Source: Armatimonadota bacterium (GTDB taxonomy: Bacteria; Armatimonadota; UBA5829; DSUL01). From it: a DNA stretch of 64,000 nucleotides. The stretch spans positions 128,001 to 192,000 of the forward strand of contig JBDHZC010000004.1 of assembly GCA_039811685.1 (NCBI GenBank), read 5' to 3'. The notes under the pieces are model-generated. The model made no database searches and was not told the origin of the DNA. It worked only from the letters and a program-made list of their open reading frames with translations. A program made the position numbers and the translations under genes. Below, in pieces: positions 39,886 through 49,733 of this stretch; positions within the stretch are counted from its first letter, which is position 1; every line of letters begins with the position of its first letter.

Positions 39886-41370
39886 ATGAACGCAATCGTT
39901 ATCCTGATGGATTCTTTGAATCGCCACTTTCTGAAAGCGTATGGCAATGACTGGGTCGCAACACCCAACATTGACCGTCTGGCTGCACGCTCAGTGGTTT
40001 TCGATCGGCATTACATCGGAAGCATGCCCTGTATGCCAGCCCGCCATGACCTGTGGACCGGGAATCTGGAGTTTCTGTGGCGCCCGTGGGGACCGATTGA
40101 ACCTGGCGAAGTAACGTTGCCGCAGAGGCTGGCCGGAAAGGCGACGCGTCAGTTAGTTACGGATCACTACCATTTCTTTGAAAAGGGAGGCGAAACGTAT
40201 CACGTAGATTTTGACGGGTGGGAGTTCATTCGTGGGCAGGAAAATGACCCCTGGATCACGCGCCCAAATAGTGTGGAGGTCAAGGGAGTCTGCACTCAGC
40301 GCTACAAGAACACCATGTCCCGGCTTCAGCGTGAGGAGGATTTCTTCTCAGCGCGCACGTTCCAGGCTGCCGCGGACTGGCTTGAGGACAACCACGCTCA
40401 GCACGAGCAGTTTCTGCTGTTCATTGATGAGTTTGATCCTCACGAACCGTTCCATTGTAGCGAGCCGTACAACTCTATGTATGACCCGCAGTGGCAGGAT
40501 GCGCCTCTTTTCTGGCCGTCGTACGGGCCGTCCCAGCGCTACTCTCCTGAGGAGCTGAAGCATCTGCGCGCTCAATATGCTGGCAAATTGACGATGGCCG
40601 ATCGCTGGCTTGGACGCGTGCTGGACAAGCTGGATGAGCATGGGCTGTGGGAAGACACGCTGGTCATCCTCACCACCGATCACGGGCATTTTCTCGGCGA
40701 GCACGAATGGGTGGGAAAGGGTATCTATCCGCAGTTCCAGCCCATAGCGCACATTCCGCTGATGATCGCGTGCCCTGGAGTGGAGCCGCGCCGGACCAAT
40801 GCGCTGTCAACGGTTGTGGACATCTGCGCAACGGTTCTGGATGCTATGGGCGTGCCGCCTGGAGAGATGGACGGGCGCTCCCTTATGCCTGTCTTGAGGG
40901 GTGAATCCGAACGGGTGCGCGACTGGGCGCTCTATGGATGGTTCGGAGCGTACATGCAGATAACTGATGGAGACTACACCTATCTGCGGGCTCCTGAAAG
41001 TTCGGACAACGACCCGCTCTACGTCTATCGTCTCACCTGGAATACCGCTCCGTGGTGGAGCATTCCCGTCCCGGACGATCGCCTGGAGATCGCGCGGTTT
41101 CACCCACGGGAGCGCCGTATGATCGGCCGGATCAGGCTGACCGAAGAGGAAAAGGCAAAGCTTGGCGTCACCGCCGCGCAGGTTTCTCAGCCAACGCAGC
41201 TCTACGACGTTCGCACCGATGAGGCTCAGTCTCGAGATCTTGCAGGGAACCAGGACTTGCGACGTCATTATGAAACTCTGCTGGCTTGCGCGATGCAAGA
41301 GGCAGGCTGCCCACCCGAGCAGTTCGAGCGCCTTGGAATATCTGAGCGAACTGAAGTGACAGCCGGATAA
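39886..41370 (+). CDS. Formylglycine-type sulfatase family protein
   Basis: DSL, TPNIDRLA, CxPxR (CMPAR), DPHEP, TTDHG; no signal peptide. Confidence 0.9.
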   Translation: MNAIVILMDSLNRHFLKAYGNDWVATPNIDRLAARSVVFDRHYIGSMPCMPARHDLWTGNLEFLWRPWGPIEPGEVTLPQRLAGKATRQLVTDHYHFFEKGGETYHVDFDGWEFIRGQENDPWITRPNSVEVKGVCTQRYKNTMSRLQREEDFFSARTFQAAADWLEDNHAQHEQFLLFIDEFDPHEPFHCSEPYNSMYDPQWQDAPLFWPSYGPSQRYSPEELKHLRAQYAGKLTMADRWLGRVLDKLDEHGLWEDTLVILTTDHGHFLGEHEWVGKGIYPQFQPIAHIPLMIACPGVEPRRTNALSTVVDICATVLDAMGVPPGEMDGRSLMPVLRGESERVRDWALYGWFGAYMQITDGDYTYLRAPESSDNDPLYVYRLTWNTAPWWSIPVPDDRLEIARFHPRERRMIGRIRLTEEEKAKLGVTAAQVSQPTQLYDVRTDEAQSRDLAGNQDLRRHYETLLACAMQEAGCPPEQFERLGISERTEVTAG

Positions 41371-41542
41371 CGCCTGGGCCGGAAACCAGAATGCCCTGTA
41401 AATGCGTCCTCTGCGCTCCCGAATGAGGCCGTATGGACTTCAGAGCACGGATTTTCCCAGTTCGATGTGTCGCGGGTGTGGTAGAATAGCCGTAGTCGAG
41501 GGCGATGCGTTCCGGGCGCATCGGAGGGAGAGAAAAGCTGTT

Positions 41543-43540
41543 ATGAACAGATTACGGATTGCCGCTGCGTTTTTGGGAGCGCTGCTGCTTGCGCCAGCGT
41601 GCGTCTGGGCGTCGGGCGCTCCAGACACGCCAGATGTGCTATTCCAGGATACGAATTCCGATGGCATAGACGGGGATGTGTCCCAGGCAGTCTTTGTGGA
41701 TGCCGTATTCGGGTCCGATAGTCCGGCGAGCGGTTCGATGGCCTCACCGTGCAAGACGATTCAGTACGCGATCGCTCGCGCGGTTGCGCTAGGCCGGTCC
41801 CAGGTACTCATAGCCAAAGGAGTCTATTCCGAACAGGTCACGCTGGCTGATGGCGTGGGCCTTTACGGGGGTTATGACGGCCCTCCTCTCTGGGGCCGTT
41901 CGGCTTCGAACACCACCTCGATCTCCTGGACAACGGCGGACGGCTCCGGCAACGTGCATGCCCTCAGCGCGTCCGGAATCATTCAGCCCACAGAAGTCGC
42001 GTTTCTGAGCATTCAGGCGGGGAATGCAGCTCCGCCCAAAGGCTCCAGTTATGGTGTCCGGGCTCATCAGAGCCCGGGTCTCATTCTCAGGTATAACTCC
42101 ATCACAGCTGGCAACGGTCACTCTGGTACTAGTGGATCCTCTGGTCCGGGTGGCCAGAATGGTAATCCCGGGTCCTCTGGCGGCCCCGGAGCATGTGACG
42201 GTAGCGGATCGGGTGGGCCCGGCGGCTCTGGCGGACCTGGGATATGCGGTTTTCCGGGTGGCCAGGGTGGCTGGGGAGGCGCCCCCGGAGTCAATCCGGG
42301 TCAAAATGGGTATCCGGCGCCCGGTGGCGCCAGCGGTGGTTTCGGCGGCTCGGGTGGAAATCCTGGTGGACCCGGCGGCTCTGGCGCCGACGGATTACCA
42401 GGCGCTTCGGGCTTGATGGGCTCTGCAGCCTCTGGTGGTGTGGTCTCAGCGGGACTGTATGTCCCTGGTGACGGAATCAGCGGAGAGGCCGGCTATGGCG
42501 GGCGCGGCGGCGGAGGCGGCGGAGGCGGCGGAGGCCAGGGATGTTTCCTCTGTTATAGTGGCAACGGTAATGGCGGCGGAGGTGGCGGCGCAGGCGGTTG
42601 CGGCGGATCGCCGGGTCAGGGCGGCAGTGGAGGTGGCGGGTCATTTGCTGTCCTGATGGATGCCTGCGGCGGCGCTACTGTGGAAGAGTGCGTCCTCATC
42701 AGCCAGAACGCTGGCGCGGGGGGATCTGGCGGCAACGGAGGCGCCGGTGGCACTGGTGGTAATGGAGGAGTAGGCGGCAGTGTTTGTACTGGCGAAGTCG
42801 GCCGCGGCGGTAATGGCGGGAAAGGGGGCAGTGGCGGCTTTGGCGGAGCCGGAAGCGGAGGCGCTGGCGGATGGACGTGGGGGCTTTTCGCCCAAGGTGG
42901 AGCTCCGGCGGCGGCCTCAAACATCTACAGCTTTGGCATTCCGGGAATGGGAGGTCCGGGCGGCACGGTTCCCGGTAATTACGCTCCTGCTGGCCCTGCA
43001 GGGTCTTACGGCGCCTATTCGGGTGGTGATCCCGGTAACTATGTCCGCTTGTCCGCGACGCGCGTCTCACCGTCCGCGTCTATTGAGGTCACGGTCAACA
43101 TACTCGGCAGTGTCACGACAGGAGTTGAAGCCAACTCTACGCCACTGGCCGTCTTTGCTCCGCATGTGTGGCGCGGAACCATCGTTGCGCCGTCTATACC
43201 CGGTACGTACCCTGTGAAGGTCACCTACAACAATACCGCGTTCATGGGTCCGTCGTTCGAAGTGCAGCGTGAGCTTGGCGTCAATGGCCATGCGGCTGCC
43301 ACAGTCCTTCCAAATGCTCCGGATCGCTATCTGTTCCGCGTATGGGGAAAGGTGACTGTGCGCGGAGGTAACACAGTTGATATCAGTGATGGCGCAGATG
43401 CTCCGGTGAAGGTCACTGCGGACTCTAGCCTCCTGGCCGGCATTGCTGTGGGAGACTATGTTGTCGCGAAGGGCGTCCTGGATGGTCAGGAGAGCTTCTC
43501 ACTTATGCAGGCGTACGCGGTAGAGCGAAAAGCGCCGTAG
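41543..43540 (+). CDS. Secreted glycine-rich beta-helix-like protein (paralog 1)
   Basis: Signal peptide, DxNSDGIDGD motif, P.KTI..AI, L.DGV.LYGGY, G-x-x and poly-G tracts, C-terminal RVWGKVT domain. ATG 41543 follows GGAGGGAG. Confidence 0.8.
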   Translation: MNRLRIAAAFLGALLLAPACVWASGAPDTPDVLFQDTNSDGIDGDVSQAVFVDAVFGSDSPASGSMASPCKTIQYAIARAVALGRSQVLIAKGVYSEQVTLADGVGLYGGYDGPPLWGRSASNTTSISWTTADGSGNVHALSASGIIQPTEVAFLSIQAGNAAPPKGSSYGVRAHQSPGLILRYNSITAGNGHSGTSGSSGPGGQNGNPGSSGGPGACDGSGSGGPGGSGGPGICGFPGGQGGWGGAPGVNPGQNGYPAPGGASGGFGGSGGNPGGPGGSGADGLPGASGLMGSAASGGVVSAGLYVPGDGISGEAGYGGRGGGGGGGGGGQGCFLCYSGNGNGGGGGGAGGCGGSPGQGGSGGGGSFAVLMDACGGATVEECVLISQNAGAGGSGGNGGAGGTGGNGGVGGSVCTGEVGRGGNGGKGGSGGFGGAGSGGAGGWTWGLFAQGGAPAAASNIYSFGIPGMGGPGGTVPGNYAPAGPAGSYGAYSGGDPGNYVRLSATRVSPSASIEVTVNILGSVTTGVEANSTPLAVFAPHVWRGTIVAPSIPGTYPVKVTYNNTAFMGPSFEVQRELGVNGHAAATVLPNAPDRYLFRVWGKVTVRGGNTVDISDGADAPVKVTADSSLLAGIAVGDYVVAKGVLDGQESFSLMQAYAVERKAP

Positions 43541-43818
43541 CCAGGAAGGTTTCAGGCCATTTCGGACAGCCTCAGTTTGAAGCGGAAGACCAGAGATGGT
43601 GGTGTCCTGCCCTGAGAAGGCGCTGGGACGCCACCAATATCCTTTTCCTGTTCGCTCCTTTCAAGACTCAAGGCTTGTCACAGGTCAGCTCCTCCATCCT
43701 GTGACAGAGGAAGGAATTGGAGTCGATCGCTTGCCGAATCCATTCCAACGCCGCGCACAACGGGAGCGTCAGGTCTGGCTTCTGGTCTGACATCTCTTTC
43801 GACCAGCAGGCGACAGTA

Positions 43819-43827
43819 TGGTATAAT
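43819..43827 (+). promoter_or_regulatory. Extended -10 promoter for paralog 2
   Basis: TGgTATAAT about 60 bp before the ATG. Confidence 0.55.
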
Positions 43828-43884
43828 GAACAGGTATCAGGCCGTGTTTGGCCGTGAGTTCAAAGAAGAGGTCATCGGTCCGCA

Positions 43885-45888
43885 ATGAAGCTCTGCACGC
43901 GTATTACTTCCATTTTTGGCGCCTTCCTGTTTTCCCTGTGTGTGGCCCCGGCGTATTGTGATGTTGATGTCCCGGATCTTCTTTTTCAGGACAGCAACTC
44001 TGACGGCATTGATGGCGATGCCTCCAAAGCCATTTTTGTGGATTTCGCCTCAGGTTCGGATTCTCCGTCAAATGGCTCAATGAGCGCGCCGGTCAAGACG
44101 ATTCATTACGCCATCAGCAGGGCACAGAGCCTCGGCAAGACTCAGGTGCTCGTTGCGAAGGGCACGTATCCTAACACAGTTTCTATGGTTGATGGGGTGA
44201 GTATTTACGGCGGCTACGATGGTCCACCGCACTGGGGCCGCTCGGCTTCGAACGTCACCCGAATTGATTCCGGCTCGCAGTTGGGGGTATTCGCAAATGG
44301 AATCCACGCGACGACGGAGCTTGCATTCCTTACCATCCGGGCATCATCCATTACGGGCTATGGAGAGTCTTCTTACGGTGTGCTCGCGAACGGAAGCCCC
44401 GGGCTTACTCTCAGAAACAACATTATTATTTCCGGCAATGGGAACGCCGGCCAAAATGGCAGCTCGGGGATGTCTGGCCAGAACGGACTCAATGGCAGTC
44501 CCGGAGGTGAGGGGTATTGCGGCGATTCCTACGAACCACCGGGGCTGGGTGGCGCTGGCGGGGACTTTCCCTGCGATCGCGGTGGTCACGGTGGCGATGG
44601 TGGCTTGTTTGATCTGACCGCTGGAAAGCCAGGCGCGGCCGCTGCCACAGGTGCGGCAGGAGGGCACGGAGGGGCTTTGGGCACGAATACAAAGCCTGGC
44701 CAGCCCGGTGGGGACGGCGCAAATGGCTCGGACGGACTCCACGGCTTCCCCGGCGAAGCTCGCAGTGGTTCCTTTCTATATGGACTGTATATCCCCGGCA
44801 GCGGCTCCGACGGCGGACACGGCTGGCCTGGAGGCGGTGGTGGGGGCGGCGGCGGAGGCGGCGCCCGACGCTGTGATGGTATCTTGTTCTGCGTGAGAGG
44901 TTCCGGGAATGGAGGCGGCGGAGGCGGAAGCGGCGGTTGCGGTGGGAATCGCGGAACCGGTGGCGGCGGGGGCGGCGGTTCATTTGCTGTCCTCTTGCTG
45001 TCGAGCGATGGCGCAACTGTGACCGGGTGCACTCTCATTAGTGGCAACGGTGGTAACGGCGGCAATGGGGGCAATGGCGGCAAGGGTGGCACAGGTGGTG
45101 AAGGAGGACTGGGAGGCGCTGCCTGTCCGGAGAATATTGGCTCGGGCGGACGTGGAGGGTCTGGTGGAGACGGCGGAAATGGGGGCGGAGGTGCAGGCGG
45201 ATCCGGCGGTCCGAGCTGGTCTTTATTCTCCCAGTATGGAGCGGTGACGCAGCAAGGCAACGTGTTCAGCTACGGCTCAGGAGGCGCGGGAGGAGCAGGC
45301 GGAAAGGGCGGCGCAGGTCTAAGTGAGCCCGCACCAGCCGGATTCAACGGGGAAAAGGGAGCTATTATGGGTGGCGGTGTTGGAGGGACCGTGCAACTCT
45401 CGACCAGACGCGTTCCTCCGTCCGGAACCATTGATGTTACAGTCAACCTGTTCGAGACTGTGACCACTCCTGTAGTTGTCAGCGGTGTTACGCTCGCGCA
45501 GGATTCACCCTATATCTGGCGTGGAGTCATTACCGCTCCGCCCACCGTGGGCTCTCAAAGAGTCACACTCAGCTACAACTCCAAGAGTTTCAACTATCCG
45601 CCATATCGCGTGGAGCGAGAAGTTGGTATCAATGGGCGTGACGCAGCGGCTATGTTGCCGGGTTTCCCGGCAAAGAATTTCTTCCGTGTCTGGGGGAAAG
45701 TGACCGCCCGGGGCGGAAATACTCTGAGCATAACGGACGGATCGGAGTCGCCCGTTCTGGTGACAGCAGATTCCGCGCTGTTATCGGGAGTTGCAGTCGG
45801 AGACTTCGTTGTGTCGCGCGGAGAACTGGGCACAGGCGGACCACATCCGGCGCTTCAGGCCTACTCTGTTCAGCGGCAGGCGCCGTGA
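43885..45888 (+). CDS. Secreted glycine-rich beta-helix-like protein (paralog 2)
   Basis: Collinear with 41543..43540 over its whole length. Confidence 0.85.
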   Translation: MKLCTRITSIFGAFLFSLCVAPAYCDVDVPDLLFQDSNSDGIDGDASKAIFVDFASGSDSPSNGSMSAPVKTIHYAISRAQSLGKTQVLVAKGTYPNTVSMVDGVSIYGGYDGPPHWGRSASNVTRIDSGSQLGVFANGIHATTELAFLTIRASSITGYGESSYGVLANGSPGLTLRNNIIISGNGNAGQNGSSGMSGQNGLNGSPGGEGYCGDSYEPPGLGGAGGDFPCDRGGHGGDGGLFDLTAGKPGAAAATGAAGGHGGALGTNTKPGQPGGDGANGSDGLHGFPGEARSGSFLYGLYIPGSGSDGGHGWPGGGGGGGGGGGARRCDGILFCVRGSGNGGGGGGSGGCGGNRGTGGGGGGGSFAVLLLSSDGATVTGCTLISGNGGNGGNGGNGGKGGTGGEGGLGGAACPENIGSGGRGGSGGDGGNGGGGAGGSGGPSWSLFSQYGAVTQQGNVFSYGSGGAGGAGGKGGAGLSEPAPAGFNGEKGAIMGGGVGGTVQLSTRRVPPSGTIDVTVNLFETVTTPVVVSGVTLAQDSPYIWRGVITAPPTVGSQRVTLSYNSKSFNYPPYRVEREVGINGRDAAAMLPGFPAKNFFRVWGKVTARGGNTLSITDGSESPVLVTADSALLSGVAVGDFVVSRGELGTGGPHPALQAYSVQRQAP

Positions 45889-45941
45889 TGGCTTGCTCGC
45901 GCGGATTGGCGCCGCATCTCGTGCTCGCCAGCGTCTGATCC

Positions 45942-47195
45942 TTAGTCTCTGATCTCCCGGATATAAATGTTTTTGAACTCGAGCTTGCTGTTGTGGTTTT
46001 GCAGCTCTATCTGGCCTGTCGGATAAATCGGCTTGTCACGCTCCCAGTAGTTCTCCATTACAACACCGTTAACCACAAGCTCGTTGTTCAGAAAGACCGT
46101 CACCCGCTCCCCAATCATCACTATCCGGAAGCGGTTCCATTCACCGGGTGGTCTGTCTTCGCGAGCCAAGGGGCCACTCGGGTTTTTCTGATTGTTGTAA
46201 AGCCCACCAGAACCGATGGGATTGTCCCATATCTGCACTTGTGGGCTGCCGCGCAGATAAATGCCACTGTCGCCTCCTGGCTCGATGCGCCAGTCCGCCA
46301 GCATCTCAAAGTTCCGGTAGTCTTTGACTGTGCACAGGCTCTCACCCTTCCCGTCGTAGGTCAAGACGCCATTCACAACGCTCCAGTGCTGCCGCATCAC
46401 TTCGTCCGCTTCCTTCTGCTTTGAGGCAAGCTGCTCTGGCGTCATTTTGGCTCGCTCGGGCGGGCTGGCGACCAGTCCCTTCCATCCGGCTAGATTGCGC
46501 CCGTTGAACAACGCCTTGAAGCCGGGTGGAGCAGTGTTGTCCTTCCGGGGTCTGGAAATATCTTTGATAACTATGTTGCGCAGAGCAACTTCTGCCGGGC
46601 CGTGTCCCATGAAGCCGATGCGTCCGTAGTCGCGCAGGAGTCCTGGATGCTCCAAAAGTACCTTCGGGTTGCGAATTGCATTGATGTCAGCATCCACCAC
46701 TTTCCGCCCGTTGACGCTTACGCTGATATTTCGGCCCTGTGCCCGTATCTCTTCCCGGTTCCACTCACCGGCTGGCTTCAGCGCACTGTCTGTAACGGGA
46801 GTCACTTTGTAGAGGGCTCCGTGAAGCTGCGTAGCGAGTAGTCCTGAGTACATGGGGTCGCTATTATCCAGAATCTGGCTCTCCAGGACGTCGTAGGGAG
46901 CGCGATCGTGGCGCGGCGCTCGAAGTGCGACACCGTTGTTGCCGCCCTTATCCAGCCGAAAGTCAAAGCGTAGAATGAAGTCTGAGTAGTCCCTGTCTGT
47001 GTAAAGAACTCCTCCGCCGTCTGAGGGGCAGATCAGAAGCCCGTCTCGCACGATGTAGCCCTGTCCACTCTTGCTTTCAATAGTCCACCCGTTGAGAGAT
47101 TTTCCATCGAACAGCGGCACAAAAGGGGATGTGACCGCGCACCGTGGCATTACAGCCAGCGCGAAAGTAGCAACTACAGCACAGAAGATTCGCAT
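45942..47195 (-). CDS. Secreted tandem DUF1080 (3-keto-disaccharide hydrolase-like) protein
   Basis: Two repeats: LFDGKSLNGW...GEWN...GRIGFMGH and LFNGRNLAGW...GEWN...GQIELQNH...FKNIYIREI; N-terminal signal peptide. Confidence 0.88.
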   Translation of the reverse strand: MRIFCAVVATFALAVMPRCAVTSPFVPLFDGKSLNGWTIESKSGQGYIVRDGLLICPSDGGGVLYTDRDYSDFILRFDFRLDKGGNNGVALRAPRHDRAPYDVLESQILDNSDPMYSGLLATQLHGALYKVTPVTDSALKPAGEWNREEIRAQGRNISVSVNGRKVVDADINAIRNPKVLLEHPGLLRDYGRIGFMGHGPAEVALRNIVIKDISRPRKDNTAPPGFKALFNGRNLAGWKGLVASPPERAKMTPEQLASKQKEADEVMRQHWSVVNGVLTYDGKGESLCTVKDYRNFEMLADWRIEPGGDSGIYLRGSPQVQIWDNPIGSGGLYNNQKNPSGPLAREDRPPGEWNRFRIVMIGERVTVFLNNELVVNGVVMENYWERDKPIYPTGQIELQNHNSKLEFKNIYIREIRD

Positions 47196-47248
47196 AATGC
47201 GGGATTCTGCGCGCGCTCTTCTGACTCCTTCGCTCGGACAGGCACAGG

Positions 47249-47287
47249 AAAAAGCGCCCTCCAGGGACAGAGTGTCCGGGAGGGCGC
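47249..47287 (-). terminator. Intrinsic terminator-like hairpin in the DUF1080 leader
   Basis: Minus strand gcgccctcc-cggacactctgtccct-ggagggcgc-ttttt. Confidence 0.7.
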
Positions 47288-47542
47288 AAGAGATTCAAGG
47301 ACAAGTGCAGGTCGCGCGGTAGTTCGGCTTTTCCGCACGGCCAACATCCTCATGCTACTTCACTCTTGTCAAGGATGGCATTGGTCCATTAGTACTGCAT
47401 CGCTCAGGGACGGCTTTCCCGGCAGAAGCCTGATGCACAAGCGCCAACCACTCGCCTTCTGCTTCGGAGATGACCGCGGCAGGCGGCCCGTTTTCCGCAA
47501 ACTCCGCTATACTTCCCGTTAGCGATAGTTTTTGGAGTACAG

Positions 47543-48700
47543 TTGCAAGTGGACAGGCTTGGTATTGGAATTGTCGGCTATGGAGAGTTCGCAGAGTTCT
47601 GTCACGAGGCGTGGAGAGACCTTAAGGATGTACGGGTCGTTGCCGCCTCGGACCTCGATACGTCCCGCATTCCCCCGGGACTGAAGTCATACCGCGACTT
47701 TCGCGATATGCTCAGGGATGACTCAGTTCAGATTGTCTCAATCGGGACTCCTCCGGCGACGCACGCTTCCATTGCGCAGCAGGCTTTGGAAGCCGAAAAG
47801 CATGTGTTCGTGGAGAAGCCGCCGGCTTTGACTCTCGAGGAGGCCGAAGAGCTTGTCGGGACGGCACATAGACAGAAGCGCGTCATCGCGGTGGACTATA
47901 TGCTTCGCTACAACCCGCTGGTTTGTGCGCTGAAGAGCGTGGCCGACTCAAAGGTGCTCGGAAAGCTCCAGCACGTTAGCGTCGCCAACTATGCCTACGA
48001 CGGAAAGTTGCCGCCACAGCACTGGTTCTGGGACAAGTCCAAATCGGGAGGCATTCTTGTCGAACACGCCGTGCACTTTTTTGACATGGTCAACTTTGTG
48101 TGGAAGGCCCGGCCTGAGAAAATAACGGCCCAGGCTCACTGCCGGCAGCCAGGTATGGAAGATAAAGTTCAGGCGACCGTGCGCTACGACGATGGAGTCA
48201 TCAGCACACACTATCATCACTTCTTCCGGCCGTGGTGGTTTGAACGTCAGAGCTTTCGCTTTGCGTTCGATCTTGGCGAGATAGACGTGGAGGGTTGGAT
48301 TCCACTGGCGGCGACAGTCCGGGCCATCACAACAAGAGAAGGCTTGCAGCAACTGGCCGGCATTTTCCCATCTGCACACATCCAGGAAGAGCCTCTTGAT
48401 CTGGAGCGCTTAGCCGCTGATGTGACTTATGTGCATGGCGCACCGACAGAGTCCCACTCCGTCACAGCGGGCGGCTCGTCGTATCCGGTATCGTTGATGG
48501 TGAACCTTCACTTTGGAATTGAGAAGCCGAAAATAGAAGTGTACCAGGACTGCGTGCGCGCGGCCATGGAGGATGTGGCGGCCCATATTCGAGGCCGAAG
48601 CGGCAAACCGCGCATCGCACTGGAGACCGCTCTTGACTCCATCCGAATTGCGGCCGCGGGGGCAAGGCTCATTCAGCAGGACTATGGAGTAGATCTATAG
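47543..48700 (+). CDS. Gfo/Idh/MocA family NAD(P)-dependent oxidoreductase
   Basis: GIVGYG Rossmann motif, TPP..H, KHVFVEKP, SGGILVEHAVHFFD. Confidence 0.9.
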   Translation: MQVDRLGIGIVGYGEFAEFCHEAWRDLKDVRVVAASDLDTSRIPPGLKSYRDFRDMLRDDSVQIVSIGTPPATHASIAQQALEAEKHVFVEKPPALTLEEAEELVGTAHRQKRVIAVDYMLRYNPLVCALKSVADSKVLGKLQHVSVANYAYDGKLPPQHWFWDKSKSGGILVEHAVHFFDMVNFVWKARPEKITAQAHCRQPGMEDKVQATVRYDDGVISTHYHHFFRPWWFERQSFRFAFDLGEIDVEGWIPLAATVRAITTREGLQQLAGIFPSAHIQEEPLDLERLAADVTYVHGAPTESHSVTAGGSSYPVSLMVNLHFGIEKPKIEVYQDCVRAAMEDVAAHIRGRSGKPRIALETALDSIRIAAAGARLIQQDYGVDL

Positions 48701-48743
48701 ACATCTCGACTAGTTTCTCACAGCTTTTCGCTAATTCCAGATT

Positions 48744-49733
48744 GTGACACTCGACGTTGTAATCCCGAACTACAATGGCGCATCGCTGCTCCGGCAGTTT
48801 CTACCCAGTGTGCTGACTTCCGCCAGACGCGCTGGCGCACGTGACGTTGTTGTCGTGGACGACGCCAGCACTGATGACAGCCTGGCCGTCCTGTCAGAGA
48901 TCGCGCCCGATATTCGCGTTATTCGGCGCCTTTACAACGGCGGGTTTGGCGAAGCGGTGAACGAAGGAGCGCGCGGTTTGACAGGCGATCTGCTGGCCGT
49001 GTGCATGACGGACATTGAGCTGTACCCAGACTGTCTGGAAAAAGCTGTCTCTGCCATGGAAGCTCCGGACGTTTTTGCGGCAGGCTTCCATCTGCGCACC
49101 AGTGCTGCCACCGGAAATGGCGGAGTGACCTCACTGGCATTCAGTCGCGGGCTTTTTCACGCGGAGTTTCCAGGTGAGGAGCAGCCGGGCGCCTTTGATG
49201 AACCTACCGAAATAGCTTTTGCGCTTGGCGGAGCCACAATTATGCGCCGAGATGTTTTTGAGGAACTTGGTGGGTTCGATCCCGTCTATGCGCCGTACGG
49301 GTGGGAGGACATTGACCTGTGTTACCGGGCATGGCGCAGTGGGTGGCGCTGCGTGAATGAACCCAAAGCGTTGGCGTGGCATCGCCACCCGCACACATCT
49401 GTTCAGTCTCACGCAAGCGAACTGAAGCGTGAGATTATCTCTCTTCGAAACCGCATGCTCTTCGTACGCCGCAACTTCGCTTCTCCGTCTCTGTTGCGCC
49501 AGCACAAATTGTGGATATCTCTGATGAAACTCAAAGCGCGCACAAAGAGAAATCCCGCTGTTGCCGAGGCTGATCGGCAGGCCCGGCAGGCTCTTCAGGC
49601 TACAGGGTCCCGCGGACATATCATTGCGCCAGTTCTGGATGAAGCGGGACTCCTCGAGCGGCTCAGCCGTCCAGGATCAGTCTCACCTTCCCAGAGCTTG
49701 CCGCTTACAGCCCAGGCGGACGGTCTCCTATGA
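48744..49733 (+). CDS. Glycosyltransferase family 2
   Basis: VVIPNYNG, VDDASTD, NGGF..AVN.G, GGFD..Y...WEDIDL. Confidence 0.92.
   Translation: MTLDVVIPNYNGASLLRQFLPSVLTSARRAGARDVVVVDDASTDDSLAVLSEIAPDIRVIRRLYNGGFGEAVNEGARGLTGDLLAVCMTDIELYPDCLEKAVSAMEAPDVFAAGFHLRTSAATGNGGVTSLAFSRGLFHAEFPGEEQPGAFDEPTEIAFALGGATIMRRDVFEELGGFDPVYAPYGWEDIDLCYRAWRSGWRCVNEPKALAWHRHPHTSVQSHASELKREIISLRNRMLFVRRNFASPSLLRQHKLWISLMKLKARTKRNPAVAEADRQARQALQATGSRGHIIAPVLDEAGLLERLSRPGSVSPSQSLPLTAQADGLL

Noticed and set aside
43560..43800. Cobalamin, glycine, TPP riboswitch or tmRNA assignment of the structured spacer
   Set aside because: Only short fragments resemble the consensus motifs; the required core elements are missing
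41543..45888. PE-PGRS or collagen annotation
   Set aside because: No PE domain, Sec signal peptides are present, and the G-x-x tracts are short, irregular and interrupted by poly-G; the similarity is compositional
47371..47440. Fluoride riboswitch-like GATGGCATT..TCC
   Set aside because: The 3' pseudoknot partner (TGATG..CCTAC) is absent and the gene context is unrelated
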